Shown here piece after piece: positions 1 through 13,879 of a stretch of 64,000 nt of DNA; position 1 is the stretch's first letter, and every line of letters starts with the position of its first letter. The stretch comes from Octopus sinensis (lineage: Eukaryota), in contig NC_043012.1 in NCBI RefSeq assembly GCF_006345805.1, positions 30,814,001-30,878,000 of the forward strand. Direction: 5' to 3'. The translations under genes and the position numbers were made by a program. Under the pieces are notes generated by a model. The model was not told the DNA's origin, did not search any database, and saw only the letters and a list, made by a program, of their open reading frames with translations.

Positions 1-76
1 CTATTAACTAATTTTTTACACGCTAGGCCACTGGTAGTAAATATTTCTAAAATCTTTATTACCCTGATATTATTAA

Positions 77-143
<67 letters not shown>

Positions 144-544
144 AAACAATACTGGGAGGATAAGAAATGGAACGAAGCGACGAATCGAAACGAACCCGAC
201 GCGAAAGCGCTGTCAGACAATAGTGTAAAAAATAAAATATATGCATACATACAAACATATATGTACGTACCTACATCTACATGTATATATACATGCATAT
301 ATAAATATATATACGTGAGTACAGGTCACCGCAACTAGGCGTAGAACTCAACGAGAAACGAAAACGGAAAAGCCATTTTTTTACAACAGAAAAACAAAGT
401 ACAGGACATACTACACAAGGAAAAATCCCCAATCATCAGCTGTCACTAGTAGACTCAAGCGTGTTTCGAAGGCAAGACAGGATACGACTCGTCAAAACTA
501 GGCCTTCCTGCGAGAGAATTAAAATAAAATTACAGATATATATA

Positions 545-1050
545 TACAGTGTACATTTAAACAGTGGCCTAGCGTGTAGAAAAATTAGTCAATAGACTAT
601 ATATTATTCATATAAATACAGTGTACATTTAAGCACTTAAGATGTATCCGTCATAGGATTCCATGTGCGGTAGATTTGAAAAATTCTAATGTATAAGCAA
701 GAGGCACATGCTGGATTTGCCCCGTACTTATATGTTTAATCTAGGCGTACCTGTTGATGAAGACTTCGCCTAGCAAATTATTTTATTTGCTAAATTAATT
801 CAGAAACCATGATCCAGGAGATAGATGATAAATGTTTTTATTTTTCATTCCCTTCGAGGTTTTATCCCTAATAGTGATTTGGACTTTGGCTGTTCCTTCT
901 AGCGTGCAAGGAATCTCATGACGGATATCTCTTATGTGTTTAAATGTACACTGAATTTATATGAATAATATATAGTCTATTAACTAATTTTTTTACACGC
1001 TAGGCCACTGGTAGTAAATATTTCTAAAATCTTTATTACCCTGATATTAT

Positions 1051-1057
<7 letters not shown>
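545..1057 (+). mobile_element. Non-coding PLE pLTR-like (retrozyme-like) cassette with HHR motif and 5' inverted segment
   Basis: 562-662 is the diverged reverse complement of 910-1010; an HHR-like motif lies at 750-818; the right flank is (TA)n; 977-1057 is repeated nearly identically at 1-80. Confidence 0.6.
750..818 (+). ncRNA. Minimal type-I hammerhead ribozyme-like motif (variant core)
   Basis: CCTG-TTGATGA-[42 nt including hairpin TAGCAAAT/ATTTGCTA]-GAAA-CCATGA-TC-CAGG. Stem I CCTG/CAGG is perfect and stem III is near-palindromic. Confidence 0.55.
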
Positions 1058-1118
<61 letters not shown>

Positions 1119-1599
1119 TAAGTACACATTCAGAATTCTAAAGATATTATTTATGGATTTATAAACAAAAATATGCATGCAAGAGCCATGCTTTTTATGT
1201 GAGACACAATGGCGTGTGAAATATTCCTTCCATTTGAAGTTCGTTAACGAGTTTCATTAAATCATTTTAAAGATTAGAGATGTAACTGAGATCCTGGGCG
1301 TACCTACAGACAGCATGCTGCTGTGGGCAGACCACATTTCTATTGTATGTGAAAAGGCGTAATACGTTATTTGCAATTGGTGCCAAGTTGAACCGTCAAG
1401 CAAACAGCGGTCGTCTACAGAGCACAAATCCAAAGCGTTAAAAAGTACGTCTGCACGTCAGAATGTCTGCAAGTCTAATTCTTCAACTAAGTATGGCTGT
1501 GTGGTTAAGAATATAGTTGAAGGGTAATTATTTGTTAAAGAATGGAAAGCTCGATGTCTCACTGAGGCTCGTAGTATCATCTCTAGTGGGAATCATCAG

Positions 1600-2100
1600 A
1601 CCGTGGGATTCTTTAGCTTTCAAACTGAAGTTTTAGAAGTGCAATGGCTCAATGCAGTGTTGTTGCTTTTTGGTAAAAGTGGTTTGTTTCAATGTTCGTG
1701 TTCTTTTTCTCTTTGTTTGATGCTAGTGTTTTTTATGTTGATTACATTCGGGAAGTTTGTGTATTCGCGTGGGCAGGTCGACGGAGACTGTAAGGTATAA
1801 CTGGCTGTTTTTGTGATTAGGTAACATTTTAAAGGTCAACGGGTTTAATTCGGTAATCTGCGAACGGGTAAAGTGGTTTAGCAATTATAAAATCATAAAG
1901 GTTTCTTTGTGAATATGAGGTTCAGTGGGGCATAGAGATTCTTATTTATACTGTTCGCGGGAGGGGGTTAATGAGGGCGGAATTTTTTCAGATAGAGATA
2001 ATAACAATGTCCATATATGAGATGTGTTTTGGGGAAATTTATGTTTCATGTGAGATGTGTGGAGTATTGGCGGAGGAGTGATGAGTGAGGTGACTGAGAA
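1600..2100 (-). mobile_element. Highly decayed Penelope-like element fragment
   Basis: Minus-strand translation gives HISYMDIVI (RT ISFLD-like) and TSIKQREKEH...NTALSH (GIY-YIG R..EH-like), with many stops. Confidence 0.35.
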
Positions 2101-2117
2101 CGGTTTGTTATTATGCA

Positions 2118-2158
<41 letters not shown>

Positions 2159-2518
2159 TACATACACACACAAACAGATATATATATATATATATTATAT
2201 ATATATTATATACACACACACACAGATATATATATATATAAATATAAATATATATATAATATATATAATATTATATTATGTGTGTGGTGTGTATGTGTGT
2301 GTGTGTATTTATGTGCACTCATATATACAATATATATATATATATATAATATATATACATCTATCTATACACACACACATATGTATATACATCGATGAAC
2401 TTTATATAGGAATGTCAGTATATCACGTATAGATCTAAGGACACATGGTATATTTGCACATCTGTTTATGTGTGTATGTGCTTTTGCCCTTCTCTCTATG
2501 TGCGTGTGTGTGTGTCTG

Positions 2519-2570
<52 letters not shown>

Positions 2571-2661
2571 CCTAACTTTTTATCTACGTATAAACATGTA
2601 TATATACGCACATAACACATACACACATCTATACATACATGTATATATATACACCTTTCCA

Positions 2662-2694
<33 letters not shown>

Positions 2695-3118
2695 ATATAT
2701 GTATGGACAAACTCTATACATAAACGAACTCAGTTTGCACAAGCATCCTTCTATGTCACTTCAGCTTGTAGTCTACGACTCACGTTTATGCACCATGTCC
2801 GGTCTAGCGGACAATTTAATCTTAACAAGCTTTATCATTATATTCTAATCTCTAAAACACACACACACACACACACACATCTTTATGTGTAGATATTCCA
2901 GCAGGAACTGACAAGGAAGATAACCTGAATTTAAAGAGTTTCTCCAGAAATGACATGTCGCTGAGGAGAAAACTGTCTGCTTGTCAGGAGACATGAGGAG
3001 TGGAGGTCAGTAGATGGTAACCCATGTTTCTGTCGCAATGGGCATCATCAGTACAGTGAGTGTCTTATCTTTCCTCCACGTGGATGTATTCAAAGAACAT
3101 TTAGAAAAACGTTTGTAT

Positions 3119-4347
3119 TGTAGCAATATTGCTATATTCATTGCTATCTTCACTGTTTGAGAAAAACATTAGGAATGATCTCGTTTGAGATTACAAACAT
3201 CTTTGGCTAGTTTAACCTTTGTTGTGTCCACTGATCTGATTGGTTAGCATCTAAGCGCGGCCTGTCTCTCTCTACTTATTTCGCGCCAGGGTGTAAAGTG
3301 ACCAATCACGGCTTTCGGATTGGACCTTCCATTTGAACCATCTTAACTCCATAAATAGGCTGATTATTTGATGATTCACCGTCTTTCGGCTTAAGACCTT
3401 TCAAGGTCTTGGTCGGAGACCACACAGAGCTTACTCAACCATGTTCCAGTTCGAAAGGCAGACGACAGCCAAGCCAACCATACTATGAAGACGCTATTGT
3501 AAGGCGGCGAGCTGGCAGAATCGTTAGGACGCTGGGCGAAATGCTTAGCGGTATTTCGTCTGCCGTTACGTTCTGAGTTCGAATTCCGCCGAGGTCGACT
3601 TTACCTTTCATCCTTTCGGGGTCGATAAATTAAGTACCAGTTACGCACTGGGGTCGATGTAATGTCTGTCCTTGTTTGTCCCCTCTGTGTTTAGCCCCTT
3701 GTGGGTAATAAAGAAATAGCTATTGTAAACCAGCGACAGACAGAACGTCATCACCAGCATCGTCTCCCTCTACGAAGATTTCAACTTGTACACAACAAGA
3801 TAAATACAGATTCAACTCATGCTGTTAGTGTGAAAACCTCACCACGGAAAAACAGCTGCAGTATATATATCTGAAAGAATATCTATATGAAGAGAAAAAT
3901 ATGCACAACAAGTGACTCAACTAATCTCTCCGAAACTCAAATCTTGTTATAGAACTCATCGTGTACTACATGAACTGGTAAAATAACTCTAAAATAACTC
4001 CATTTTAACTCAAATTGTTGAGACTTCTCTTATGCTCTGTTGTATTCGCATGCACCTTATTCTGTACTTCTGTCGCACACACGAACACACAGGCACAAAT
4101 ATTATAAGCATGCATTCATGACACAACACTACGCTAATAATCGCAAATCACTTTGTACACTGTGAATAAAATCTATCTACTCTTTATAAAAGCAGAACGG
4201 TTTTTTGCGTCCTTTATTCATTTACTTTGGCACTGTATATAAACGTGTATTATGGCTTATAAAATATGTTATGTTGGGATGCGGCCGTGCGCTGAACAAG
4301 AGGAGAAATATGTCACCAAACTCCTCACGTACGGTTGTATTCTAACA
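3119..4347 (+). mobile_element. Probable solo LTR (Gypsy-like) interrupted by a SINE
   Basis: Begins TGT and ends ACA, flanked by GTAT on both sides (3115-3118, 4348-4351). Contains CCAAT/ATTGG boxes (~3239, 3302, 3319), a TATA-like CATAAATA (~3350) and AATAAA (~4165). Confidence 0.4.
3503..3718 (+). mobile_element. tRNA-derived SINE (family A), full length, with 10-bp TSD
   Basis: GGCGGCGAGCTGGCAGAA head, B-box-like GAGTTCGAATTCC, body GTCGACTTT.CCTTTCATCCTTTCGGGGTCGATAAA; TSD GCTATTGTAA at 3493-3502 and 3719-3728; many copies in this window. Confidence 0.9.
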
Positions 4348-4618
4348 GTATGAAGCATCAAATGAACCCAGATCGCAGCACCCAAAAGAAAGAAAAAACG
4401 CACAGCAGCATAGCCTTCCCAAAATCACAGCTTCACCAATGCAAAATCGGAGAGATGGCCACAATAGGACATCTGACTCGCTAGAAGGAGCAGTTAGAAT
4501 CCAAACCACTTTTAGGGGTAATTTCGAAAGGGAATGAAAAATAAAAACAATTACTATCTATTTCCTGTACCATGGTTTCAAACTAATTTTTTTTTGCCAC
4601 CCTGAAATTTATTAATAA

Positions 4619-4650
<32 letters not shown>

Positions 4651-4656
<6 letters not shown>

Positions 4657-5218
4657 TTGTTATCGCCATATTAATATGGCATTCTTATAGATATAAGAAT
4701 AATCGCTGCCGCTGGTCAGCTCCATGAGGCCACCGCTTAAGATAGCTATTGATACACGATCTGTATCCATTATAACCTTCGAACAATTAATTTCCAGTAA
4801 ACGCTGCCGTAATCTCTTTTATAGAGACTTAGTAATTTTAATATTTCTATTATTGAAAACAAGTGGATGTATTCCACTGAAACTAGGTAAATAGAAACCT
4901 TCGAACAGAGACGTCAGTGGCGACACCTGCGGGGTCTGACTGCGCTACATTGACAAGGGGCAATACCCCGAAACGCGTCTGTAGCTGTCGGACTAGCAGT
5001 GTGAAGCGGCTGACCTCCCTTGTTCGAAGGTTATAATGGATACAGATCGTGTATCAATAGCTATCTTGATGGCGGTGTCCTCATGGAGCTGACCAGCGGC
5101 AGCGATTATTCTTATATCTATAAGAATGCCATATTAATATGGCGATAACAATTAATTTCCAGTAAACGCTGCCGTAATCTCTTTTATAGAGACTTAGTAA
5201 TTTTAATATTTCTATTAT
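4651..5218 (+). mobile_element. Non-coding PLE pLTR-like (retrozyme-like) cassette: inverted A - B - HHR - A - B
   Basis: 4651-4786 is the reverse complement of 5020-5157; 4782-4853 is directly repeated at 5147-5218 (period 365 bp); HHR at 4944-4985; (TA)n flanks. Confidence 0.8.
4944..4985 (+). ncRNA. Minimal type-I hammerhead ribozyme, U3-A8 core variant
   Basis: GCTACA-TTGACAA-GGGG-CAATA-CCCC-GAAA-CGCG-TC-TGTAGC: perfect 6-bp stem I, 4-bp stem II, palindromic stem III and GUC cleavage triplet (C4979). Confidence 0.85.
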
Positions 5219-6657
5219 ATATGTATATATATATATGTACGTATGTATGTATAGTAGTAATAAAAAGGGAGGAATTTCGATTATCCCCACGTGGTGAGTT
5301 GTAATATAAGAAATTAAAGAATGAAAATGCACACACTTTACATAGTTTTCGTATAATTCTTAATATATCTTGTATTATGTTTGTCGACCGGCTTCGCTTT
5401 CGCTATTCATAACATTAAAATTTATTTAAATACGTATTTTCTTAAGAAGAATTTTTTTGTCCATGTTGTGTGTGGAGTTTTTGAATGAACGATTCAACAG
5501 TTAGAAACATCTAAGGGAGGTAACTACCGGCTATCGTTATTGTGTCCACAATAATAATGATAACCAAAGTTGTCAGAGAGCTTGAGAGATAAAGATATGG
5601 AGCAAGCAAGTGAACCAGAGAGAGGGGGAGAGAGAGAAAGAGAGAGAGAGAGAGTAAATGAACGAAAGAGAGAAAAACAGTGTTGCTAGGAAGAGAAGAG
5701 AATGAACAGGTGAAGGACGAAAGGTATTAAATGAAATATAAGGATGTGATAAAGAAGAGTATTTTGTAAGAAGAAGAGAAAGTTGCTGAAAAAAGCCTGA
5801 AAAGTGAGAAAGATAAGTCAAAGATATAAGAAAAAAAATTAATGAAACATGTAAATGGTAAAGAAAATAGAGAGAGGGGGGATAGCGGGAGAGAGAGAGA
5901 GAGAGAGAGGAAGGAAGAGAGATAGAGTGTGTCGCTAGTAAACTGTAAAAGAAAAGAGGTAGAGTGTAAAACGATAAAGAAACTGATATTGCACGGAATA
6001 GAATGGCAATATCAGCTATATGCGTAATTGTAATATCTTCGATGAGCAAACAAATTTGATAACCATATTTTGATAAAAACATATTGTAATTGGAATTTAT
6101 ACGAATTTTCTAGAGAACGAGGACTTTCAGAATTGCATTCTTTTAGAAAAGTTAGATAATCAAAACTAGTTAAGACGCAGCATTCAGCATTAGAGTGTAT
6201 ATATGTGTGTGTATATATGTTTGTACACACACACATACATACAGTAATTTCGAACAGAAAGCGAGAAACAGAAAGACAGAAATCGAGGGCGAGATAAATT
6301 AATGCATAACATGGTATACGTATACATGTATATTTATATCCAATATATGTATATTGATATGAATATGTATGTGTGTATTTATGTGTGTGCGTTTGTGTGT
6401 GTGTGTTTGTGTGTGTATGTGTGTGTATCTGTGTATGTATACGTGCATGTGTGTGTATGCAGGGAGAAAGAAAGGCAGAGAAGTGGGAGTTATTGTTAAA
6501 TATAAACCACGACATATGTGATATATATGTGCTTACGCGTGTGTTTCTAATGGAGAAAACTTATGTTTTTAGAGTACCATAACGCACACACACACACACA
6601 AGTACATATATGTTACTGATGCTACCGTTATATTGTACGATATATATGTATATATAT

Positions 6658-6688
<31 letters not shown>

Positions 6689-7040
6689 GTAATATATATA
6701 TATATATATATATACACAACACGTATGTGTGTGTGTGTATATATATGTGTGTGTGTGTAAAAGCACATACATATGAATATATGAATATACATATATTTAT
6801 GTATTGTATAGCGGTAAAGTGTACAAGCGAACAAACGTACTAATACGCACGCATAAGCATTTGCGCATGCGCAATCACGCAAGTGCGCAGACGATTATAT
6901 AGATATACATATATGTGCGGGTGTGTATGTGTATATATATGTATACACACCCATATAGATAGATTGATAGCTAGATCTACAGATAGAGAGATGCAAATGT
7001 ATATGTATATATATTACAATTTGTATGTATTATCTCGCCT

Positions 7041-7077
<37 letters not shown>

Positions 7078-8028
7078 AGTATACATATATACATATATAT
7101 TTATTAGTATACATATATACATATATATTTATTAGTATACATATATACATACACATATATACGTATACACACGCATACAAATATATTCATACATGCATGC
7201 ATATATATACACACAAATACAAGCATACCTACCTACCTACCTACCTACCTGCCTACATGCATACACGCGTACGCACATACATATATCAATGTAGGTATCG
7301 CCACATGCTCATTATAAACGTATATATTAGAAGAGTGGCAGGGTATGTAACATACATCAGCTATCCAAACAACGTTAGAATGTTTTATATTCTCGAGGCC
7401 AACCAACAGGCGATACGGCTGGTAGGAAGAGCACACGCCATCAGCAGGCAAACACATACCAATCAAATATATATACAAACATGCAGATATCTACACACAT
7501 ATATGCATTCTTGCATTATATACATCGTGTATATGTGTATATGCATGTATTCATGTTTGTGTGTGAATGTGTGTGCGTGCGTGTGTGTGTATGTGAATGA
7601 GCACAAGCATACGTATATATATATATTCAGATAGACACACATAAATACATACACGTATGCATATCCATCATTGTGTGTATACACACACACCTTTACAAAA
7701 CACATATATAATACACGACGCTCACACACATATACAGCATTAACTATGTGTGTGTGTGTGGTTTTATATATATATACATATATATATATATATAAATTCA
7801 TATGTACATACGTATATGTACGTATATATGTTTGTACGTGCGTGTGTGGATGTGTGTGGTGCTGCTTCAACAATATGATCTTGTGTGTATGCGTGTATAG
7901 TATTTATTCCAAATTGCGAGTGTTTATTTGTAAGTTTTGGTTCTACTTCTTCTCTAGTATTGAGTTCATTCTTCAGTGCATGTTTAGTGTACTGATGTAG
8001 ACAAACGCATAAACAAGCGATTACCACA

Positions 8029-8061
<33 letters not shown>

Positions 8062-9040
8062 ACACACATATATATATTTGTACCTAATTATTTATCTCTT
8101 TCTCTTTCAATCCAGGCTCGTTCCTTCCCTGTGTATGTCTGTATGTAGAAGAGAAGGCGACTGAGACGAGCAGAGTACCTGTACTCAACAGGTACTTTAT
8201 TTACTGACTCCAGAAGAATGAAAATTGAAGTTGGCGTCGGCGTGATTCGAACCCTGACTGTAGTGCACCTTAACGATTATCGACACCCAGACTATCTGTT
8301 GCTTCCAATATTATACATAATATAATTATTTATCTTTACTTTCGAAAGCTGTCACCCACGACTTACAGTGCTCTAGAAATAGATATACTCTTTACTCTCT
8401 TCCTGTTTCACTCATTAAACACGGCCAAGCTGGAGCAAAACTTTGAAACATTTCTCTTTTTTTAGGAGTTCCATTTAACTTTGAACTGATTTACGGCATA
8501 CTAACACCGATCCACGCTTTATGTTGTTTTCTCCTTTTAAGTGGTCGCATCAAAAGTGTGATGTATTTCACGTGCACAGAAGGCAGGAATTATTTCAACT
8601 CGACCTGATTTAATATTTTCCGACGAAGACTTAGTCTTAAGTACTGTTTCCTGAGCAAATGTGGCCGAGGAGCAATTTATATTTTCTCTTCATAAAATGA
8701 TTCCGCGTTAAAAACGGTGTCCCATAAATCCTGCGGGACCCGTTGAAAGGGTAAGCCAATCGTACGGAGCCACATTATGTGTTCCTAGAACACAAATTAC
8801 CAGTTTTTATATGACGAACCGCTACATCACGGGACAGGGAAACGAAATAAACGATACAAATTTCTTTTAGATTGGCGATGGTCGACGCCTAGACCCGGTC
8901 ATAAACTCACACATATTCACACGTATATGTGTTTGTATGTGTGTGTGTATTTCAGTATGTATACCTTGTGTTTATACACAGAGAAGAATATGTATATATA
9001 TATTTATATTTGTGTATATTTATGCATATATATATATTTA

Positions 9041-9083
<43 letters not shown>

Positions 9084-9179
9084 GAGTGTGGTATGAGTAT
9101 ATGCATGCATTCAAATGTATATGTGTATCTTCGTTTCTCTCTCTCTCTGTATATACACACATACGCACACGCGTATGAT

Positions 9180-9228
<49 letters not shown>

Positions 9229-9582
9229 CATACATACATACATACGCGGCGGGCGTCTGCACAATTTCCGTCTTATCAAGTTTCGCTGCATATCTATTAT
9301 GTAATATTTATGTTGTTTCTTTGTGTGATGTTTACATCTAAATCTAGAGTTGTTGAATCTGCTGAATTTTATACATGCACACATACTATACATACATAAG
9401 GACATACAAACATACTTACAAATATACATTTACCTATGCAAGTACATGAGTAAATTCATTGTAATATTTGTTTACAAGAACAGGAGAGTAAAATGTACAT
9501 GTGCCTGTGTGTATCTATATGTAGACATTCATACATGTATATATGTAAGTGCGTATGCATGTTTGTATGCTTGCAAGTATGG

Positions 9583-9656
<74 letters not shown>

Positions 9657-10689
9657 ATCATATTACATATTGCATTGCAGATAAATAATAATTCATTTCA
9701 TGTTCAAGCCCAGTTAAAATCCGAGCAATCTTTAGACGATCGCCAAAATCGTTTGCTGTTTTAATCATGGCGTATTGCACGTTGCATTGCTGAATTGCAT
9801 GCTGGGTAATATTTCTGTGATGAGCATCATTCATTACATATTAATATTTGGAATACTGAGTTATTTCTCTTTAGTTGATCCGAGATATAATATATTTGAA
9901 ATAAACGAACAGTGTATTTTTATTAACGTCTTTCTGTTGAGCGTCATTTAGTTATAAAGTTTACATATCTAAAATGGTTTTTTTGTCATATCAAAGAAAA
10001 GAGGAACAAAGAAAAGAGGAAATATAATTCAAGTAGTATTGGAATGAATAAGGAAATATAAAGATTGTTAGATAGAATGAGCTGAGGAGCGTAAAATCGA
10101 AAACTGGTAGAGGAAAAAAGAAGAGGAAAATAGAAGAGGAAAATAGAAGGAATCATTGAGCTGTACTATTATTAGAAAGATGAACCAGTGATAATCTAGA
10201 GCTTGTGATATTTAATTACTAAATTTGTAATCAGGAGGTGATGTACTATTTTATTTTTTTGAAGGTATTTTTCAAGCTGTTGGCATTTGATAACTACCTT
10301 GGATCCTGCATTTTGATCACTTTTAGATTCCTTTAGTTTTATTTTTTCAGTGCACAGGCCTTTTCTTCTTTCTGTTCAAGTTGAATATATTTTATGAAAT
10401 TTTTTTTTTACATATCCTTATTAGATTATCACATTAGTATCCAATTAAGATGCTGCAACTTCTGGATCATTTAGGACAACGGGCATGGTGTGAGGGATTA
10501 ACTTAACGATTGAAAATATATCAATAACATTATTGCATATCTTCAAAGGAAGATTTGCTGGTGCGTTCTCAATAACGCTAGAAAACATTGGCCTCAATAA
10601 TCTCCCTATATCTGTAAACGTTTAAAAAACATCTGCAGATCATCTGAACAAAGTTGTGACAGCAGCGAATTGTTGCTGCCTTCTGTTGC

Positions 10690-11498
10690 ATGAATGTATG
10701 TATGTATGTATGTATGTATGTATGTATGTATGTATGTATGTATGTATGTATGTATGTATGTATGTATGAATGCATGTATGTATGCATGTATGAATGCATG
10801 TATGTATGCATGTATGCATGTATGTATGTATGTATGTATGTATGTATGAATGCATGTATGTATGTATGTATGTATGTATGCAGGAATGTATGTATGAATG
10901 TACGTATGCATGTATGTATGTATGTATGCATGTTGTATGAATGTATGTATGAATGTATGCATGTTGTATGAATGTATGTATGTATGTATGTATGTATGTA
11001 TGTATGTATGTATGTATGTATGTGTTGTATTATGTATGTATGCATGTATGTATTTATATGTATGTATGCAATGTATGTGTGTATTGGTATGTATGTATGT
11101 ATGTATGTATGTATGTATGTATGTATGCATGCATTATGTATGTATGTATGCATGTATGTATGAATGTATGCATGCATGCATGCATGTATGTATGTATGTA
11201 TGTATGTATGTATGTATGTATGTATGCATGTATGTATGTATGAATGCATGTATGTATGAATGTATGTATGAATGTATGCATGTATATATGTATGAATGTA
11301 TGCATGTATGCATGTATGTACGAATGTATGCATATGTGCAGGTTTGTATGTATGTATGCATGAATGTATGTATTTATGTATGTATGTATGGATGGATGGA
11401 TGGATGGATGGATGTATGTATGTATGTATGCATGTATATATGTATAAATGTGTGTATGTGTATGTGTGTGTATGTGTGTATATATGTGTATTATTGTT
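10690..11498. repeat. (TATG)n tetranucleotide microsatellite, degenerate, running into a gap
   Basis: Directly visible. Confidence 0.95.
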
Positions 11499-11598
11499 NN
11501 NNNNNNNNNNNNNNNNNNNNNNNNNNNNNNNNNNNNNNNNNNNNNNNNNNNNNNNNNNNNNNNNNNNNNNNNNNNNNNNNNNNNNNNNNNNNNNNNNN
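11499..11598. other. Assembly gap (100 N)
   Basis: Run of N. Confidence 1.
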
Positions 11599-12255
11599 TC
11601 ACGGTTGAAGGGGGTGTTGTACCAGCTAATGTGTCTTCGCCTATTTTCCTATTTTTCCTATTTTTGGGGTGGTTGGAATTAATGTCTATATATCTATGGG
11701 ATTCATTTGTTTGTGGTACGGGTAATAAAGTGAGGTTTTTAAGTCGAGGGTACGTCAAGGAAGTTAGCTTTGGTTAAGTGGATTCTAAGGTAATCCTAAA
11801 GCCTAAGTTTTAAAAAAAAGTGTAAAGATTTTCCGGAACCCATCCGTGGTCCTGGGGTTTATTTTGCGGAGGGCAAAAAAGGGCCATCATCGCGGTAAAG
11901 ACCACCGGAGAGGCCTGTGAATAGGGTCTTCAGCCTATGGAGGATGAAAAGGCCCACAAGGTCACTTATTTCAGCCGAGTCGCTAGCACCCATGCTGACG
12001 TCGAAGGGGGTCACAGATTTTTTGTTGATCCAGTGGGATCCGTCGTGGAAAAGAAAAGTCTTACGTGCGTGGAGGATCACATCTTGCTCGGCCTCGGTGA
12101 TGGTGGAGGACTTCCTAGCGAAGTTAATCGCGTCGATCAGCAAGCTCTCCGATATGGAGGCGTAGTAGTCTTCGATATCCAATTGTAGGAATCGGGTGTT
12201 GCTTTTGTCAGGTAAATCCCGGATTTACCTGACAAAAGCAACACCCGATTCCTAC
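11599..12255 (-). mobile_element. Penelope-like element RT fragment, 5'-truncated with a 35-bp fold-back
   Basis: ORF 11859-12182 has (L)DIEDYY, FDVSMGASDSAEISDLVGLFIL and GLYRDDG (PLE RT motifs A/B/C); YIDINSNHP lies downstream; perfect inverted repeat at 12185-12255. Confidence 0.85.
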
Positions 12256-13285
12256 GAAGAGAAGTCGATAGGGCTCCTTAGAAGTGGTGAAGGGGCTCTT
12301 CCCATATTGACCTGCAGCTTTATGAGCTCCAGAATCATACAAAATCTCAGACTGTTTCGCCATGTTGCTCGACTTTCCCTTCTGTCCGTTGGCTTCTTAC
12401 AGCTGGGACGGATAACTAGAAAGCTCGGGTCACATTTACTATTGGACTTATGCCGTTCACGGCAAAGATAATATGAGGAATGCGAAATCCTTCTGCAATT
12501 GTAAAACTTCAATGAAAAGATATCTTCCGTAAATGCGAAACAGGAATCTTGTATTTGATAGGTGGTCGTTTTGGAGATGGGAGTGCGACGGGCACCGACG
12601 AAGAGGGCTTGCCGCCACCACCACCTCCGTATACGCCTCGTTCATGAGAACACACTACTGTTGCGTGATCTTTTCGGTAGAGCACTCATTTGCACCAAGA
12701 TTTTACGATGTCCAGCCCCGCCTCTACTACACCGAAAACGAGATGTGGAATTCAAGTTGATGTTCATCATCGAATTCTATGGACAAACATTATTATGTGT
12801 GTATGTATGTGTGTGTGTGTGAGAGAGAGAGAGCGAGTGAGAGAAAGAGAGAGAGAGAGAGAGTGAAAGTTGTATTTCTTTTAAATTATTCAAATTGCTT
12901 CTATAAAGGAGATTATTTCAACAAAGGGAGACAACTACATTACTTGGATTTAGGTAACAACAACGAGGAAGAGTAAAATGTGCTGCGCTGTCATAAATAC
13001 TTGCATATTTTTATTGTTCCACTTATAGATTCGACAAGCATACAAATACTTACGTCATTTTACAAATATCACACACGCAAACACACACACGCGCATATAT
13101 ATATGTATACATACAAACCAACACACACATATATAATGTACAGAACTATCATACATGCTTTCAAATTTGTAAACACATATTATATACATTCACAATTATA
13201 TAATGTAAATATATATATAATATATATAGTATATATTATCTTATATATGTATATATAATACATATACATATACACACAGACATAT

Positions 13286-13354
<69 letters not shown>

Positions 13355-13592
13355 ATTTACTATAGACGACAGTACGGGTGGTGAGTGAGTGAGTTTTCCA
13401 CGATTTCCTAGGTGTGTCTTTATCTTACCTGATAAGGCCTCTGTGAAACCTTGATTGCAAATCTCAAATTACATTCTTGAATCAACTCACAAACAAACAG
13501 CCAACCGCAATGTGTTAGAGATGTTGTCTGCCTGTTAGAATAATAGCAAAAACGACTACAACGAAAATAATAACAATAATAATTAATAATAA

Positions 13593-13674
<82 letters not shown>

Positions 13675-13675
13675 G

Positions 13676-13706
<31 letters not shown>

Positions 13707-13879
13707 TAATAATAATAATGATAATAATAATATTAATAATATATAACAACAACAACAACAACAACAATAATAATAATAATAATAATCATAATAATAATAA
13801 TAATGGAGTCAATCAGCTGGAAGATGATGGGCTGTTCAATCATGGAGCACTCCCGATTCCGGATTATCTTTTCTACGGC

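Noticed and set aside
425-500. CTGATGA, TTGACGA and GAAAC motifs on the minus strand
   Set aside because: No consistent stems I-III or NUH triplet could be built, so no hammerhead is called.
1545-1602. CTGATGA downstream of the decayed PLE fragment (minus strand)
   Set aside because: GAAA is replaced by GAGA and stem I has no partner.
3503-3590. tRNA-like A/B boxes (also at 16230-16296 and 58286-58355)
   Set aside because: These are SINE heads with no complete cloverleaf, so not tRNA genes.
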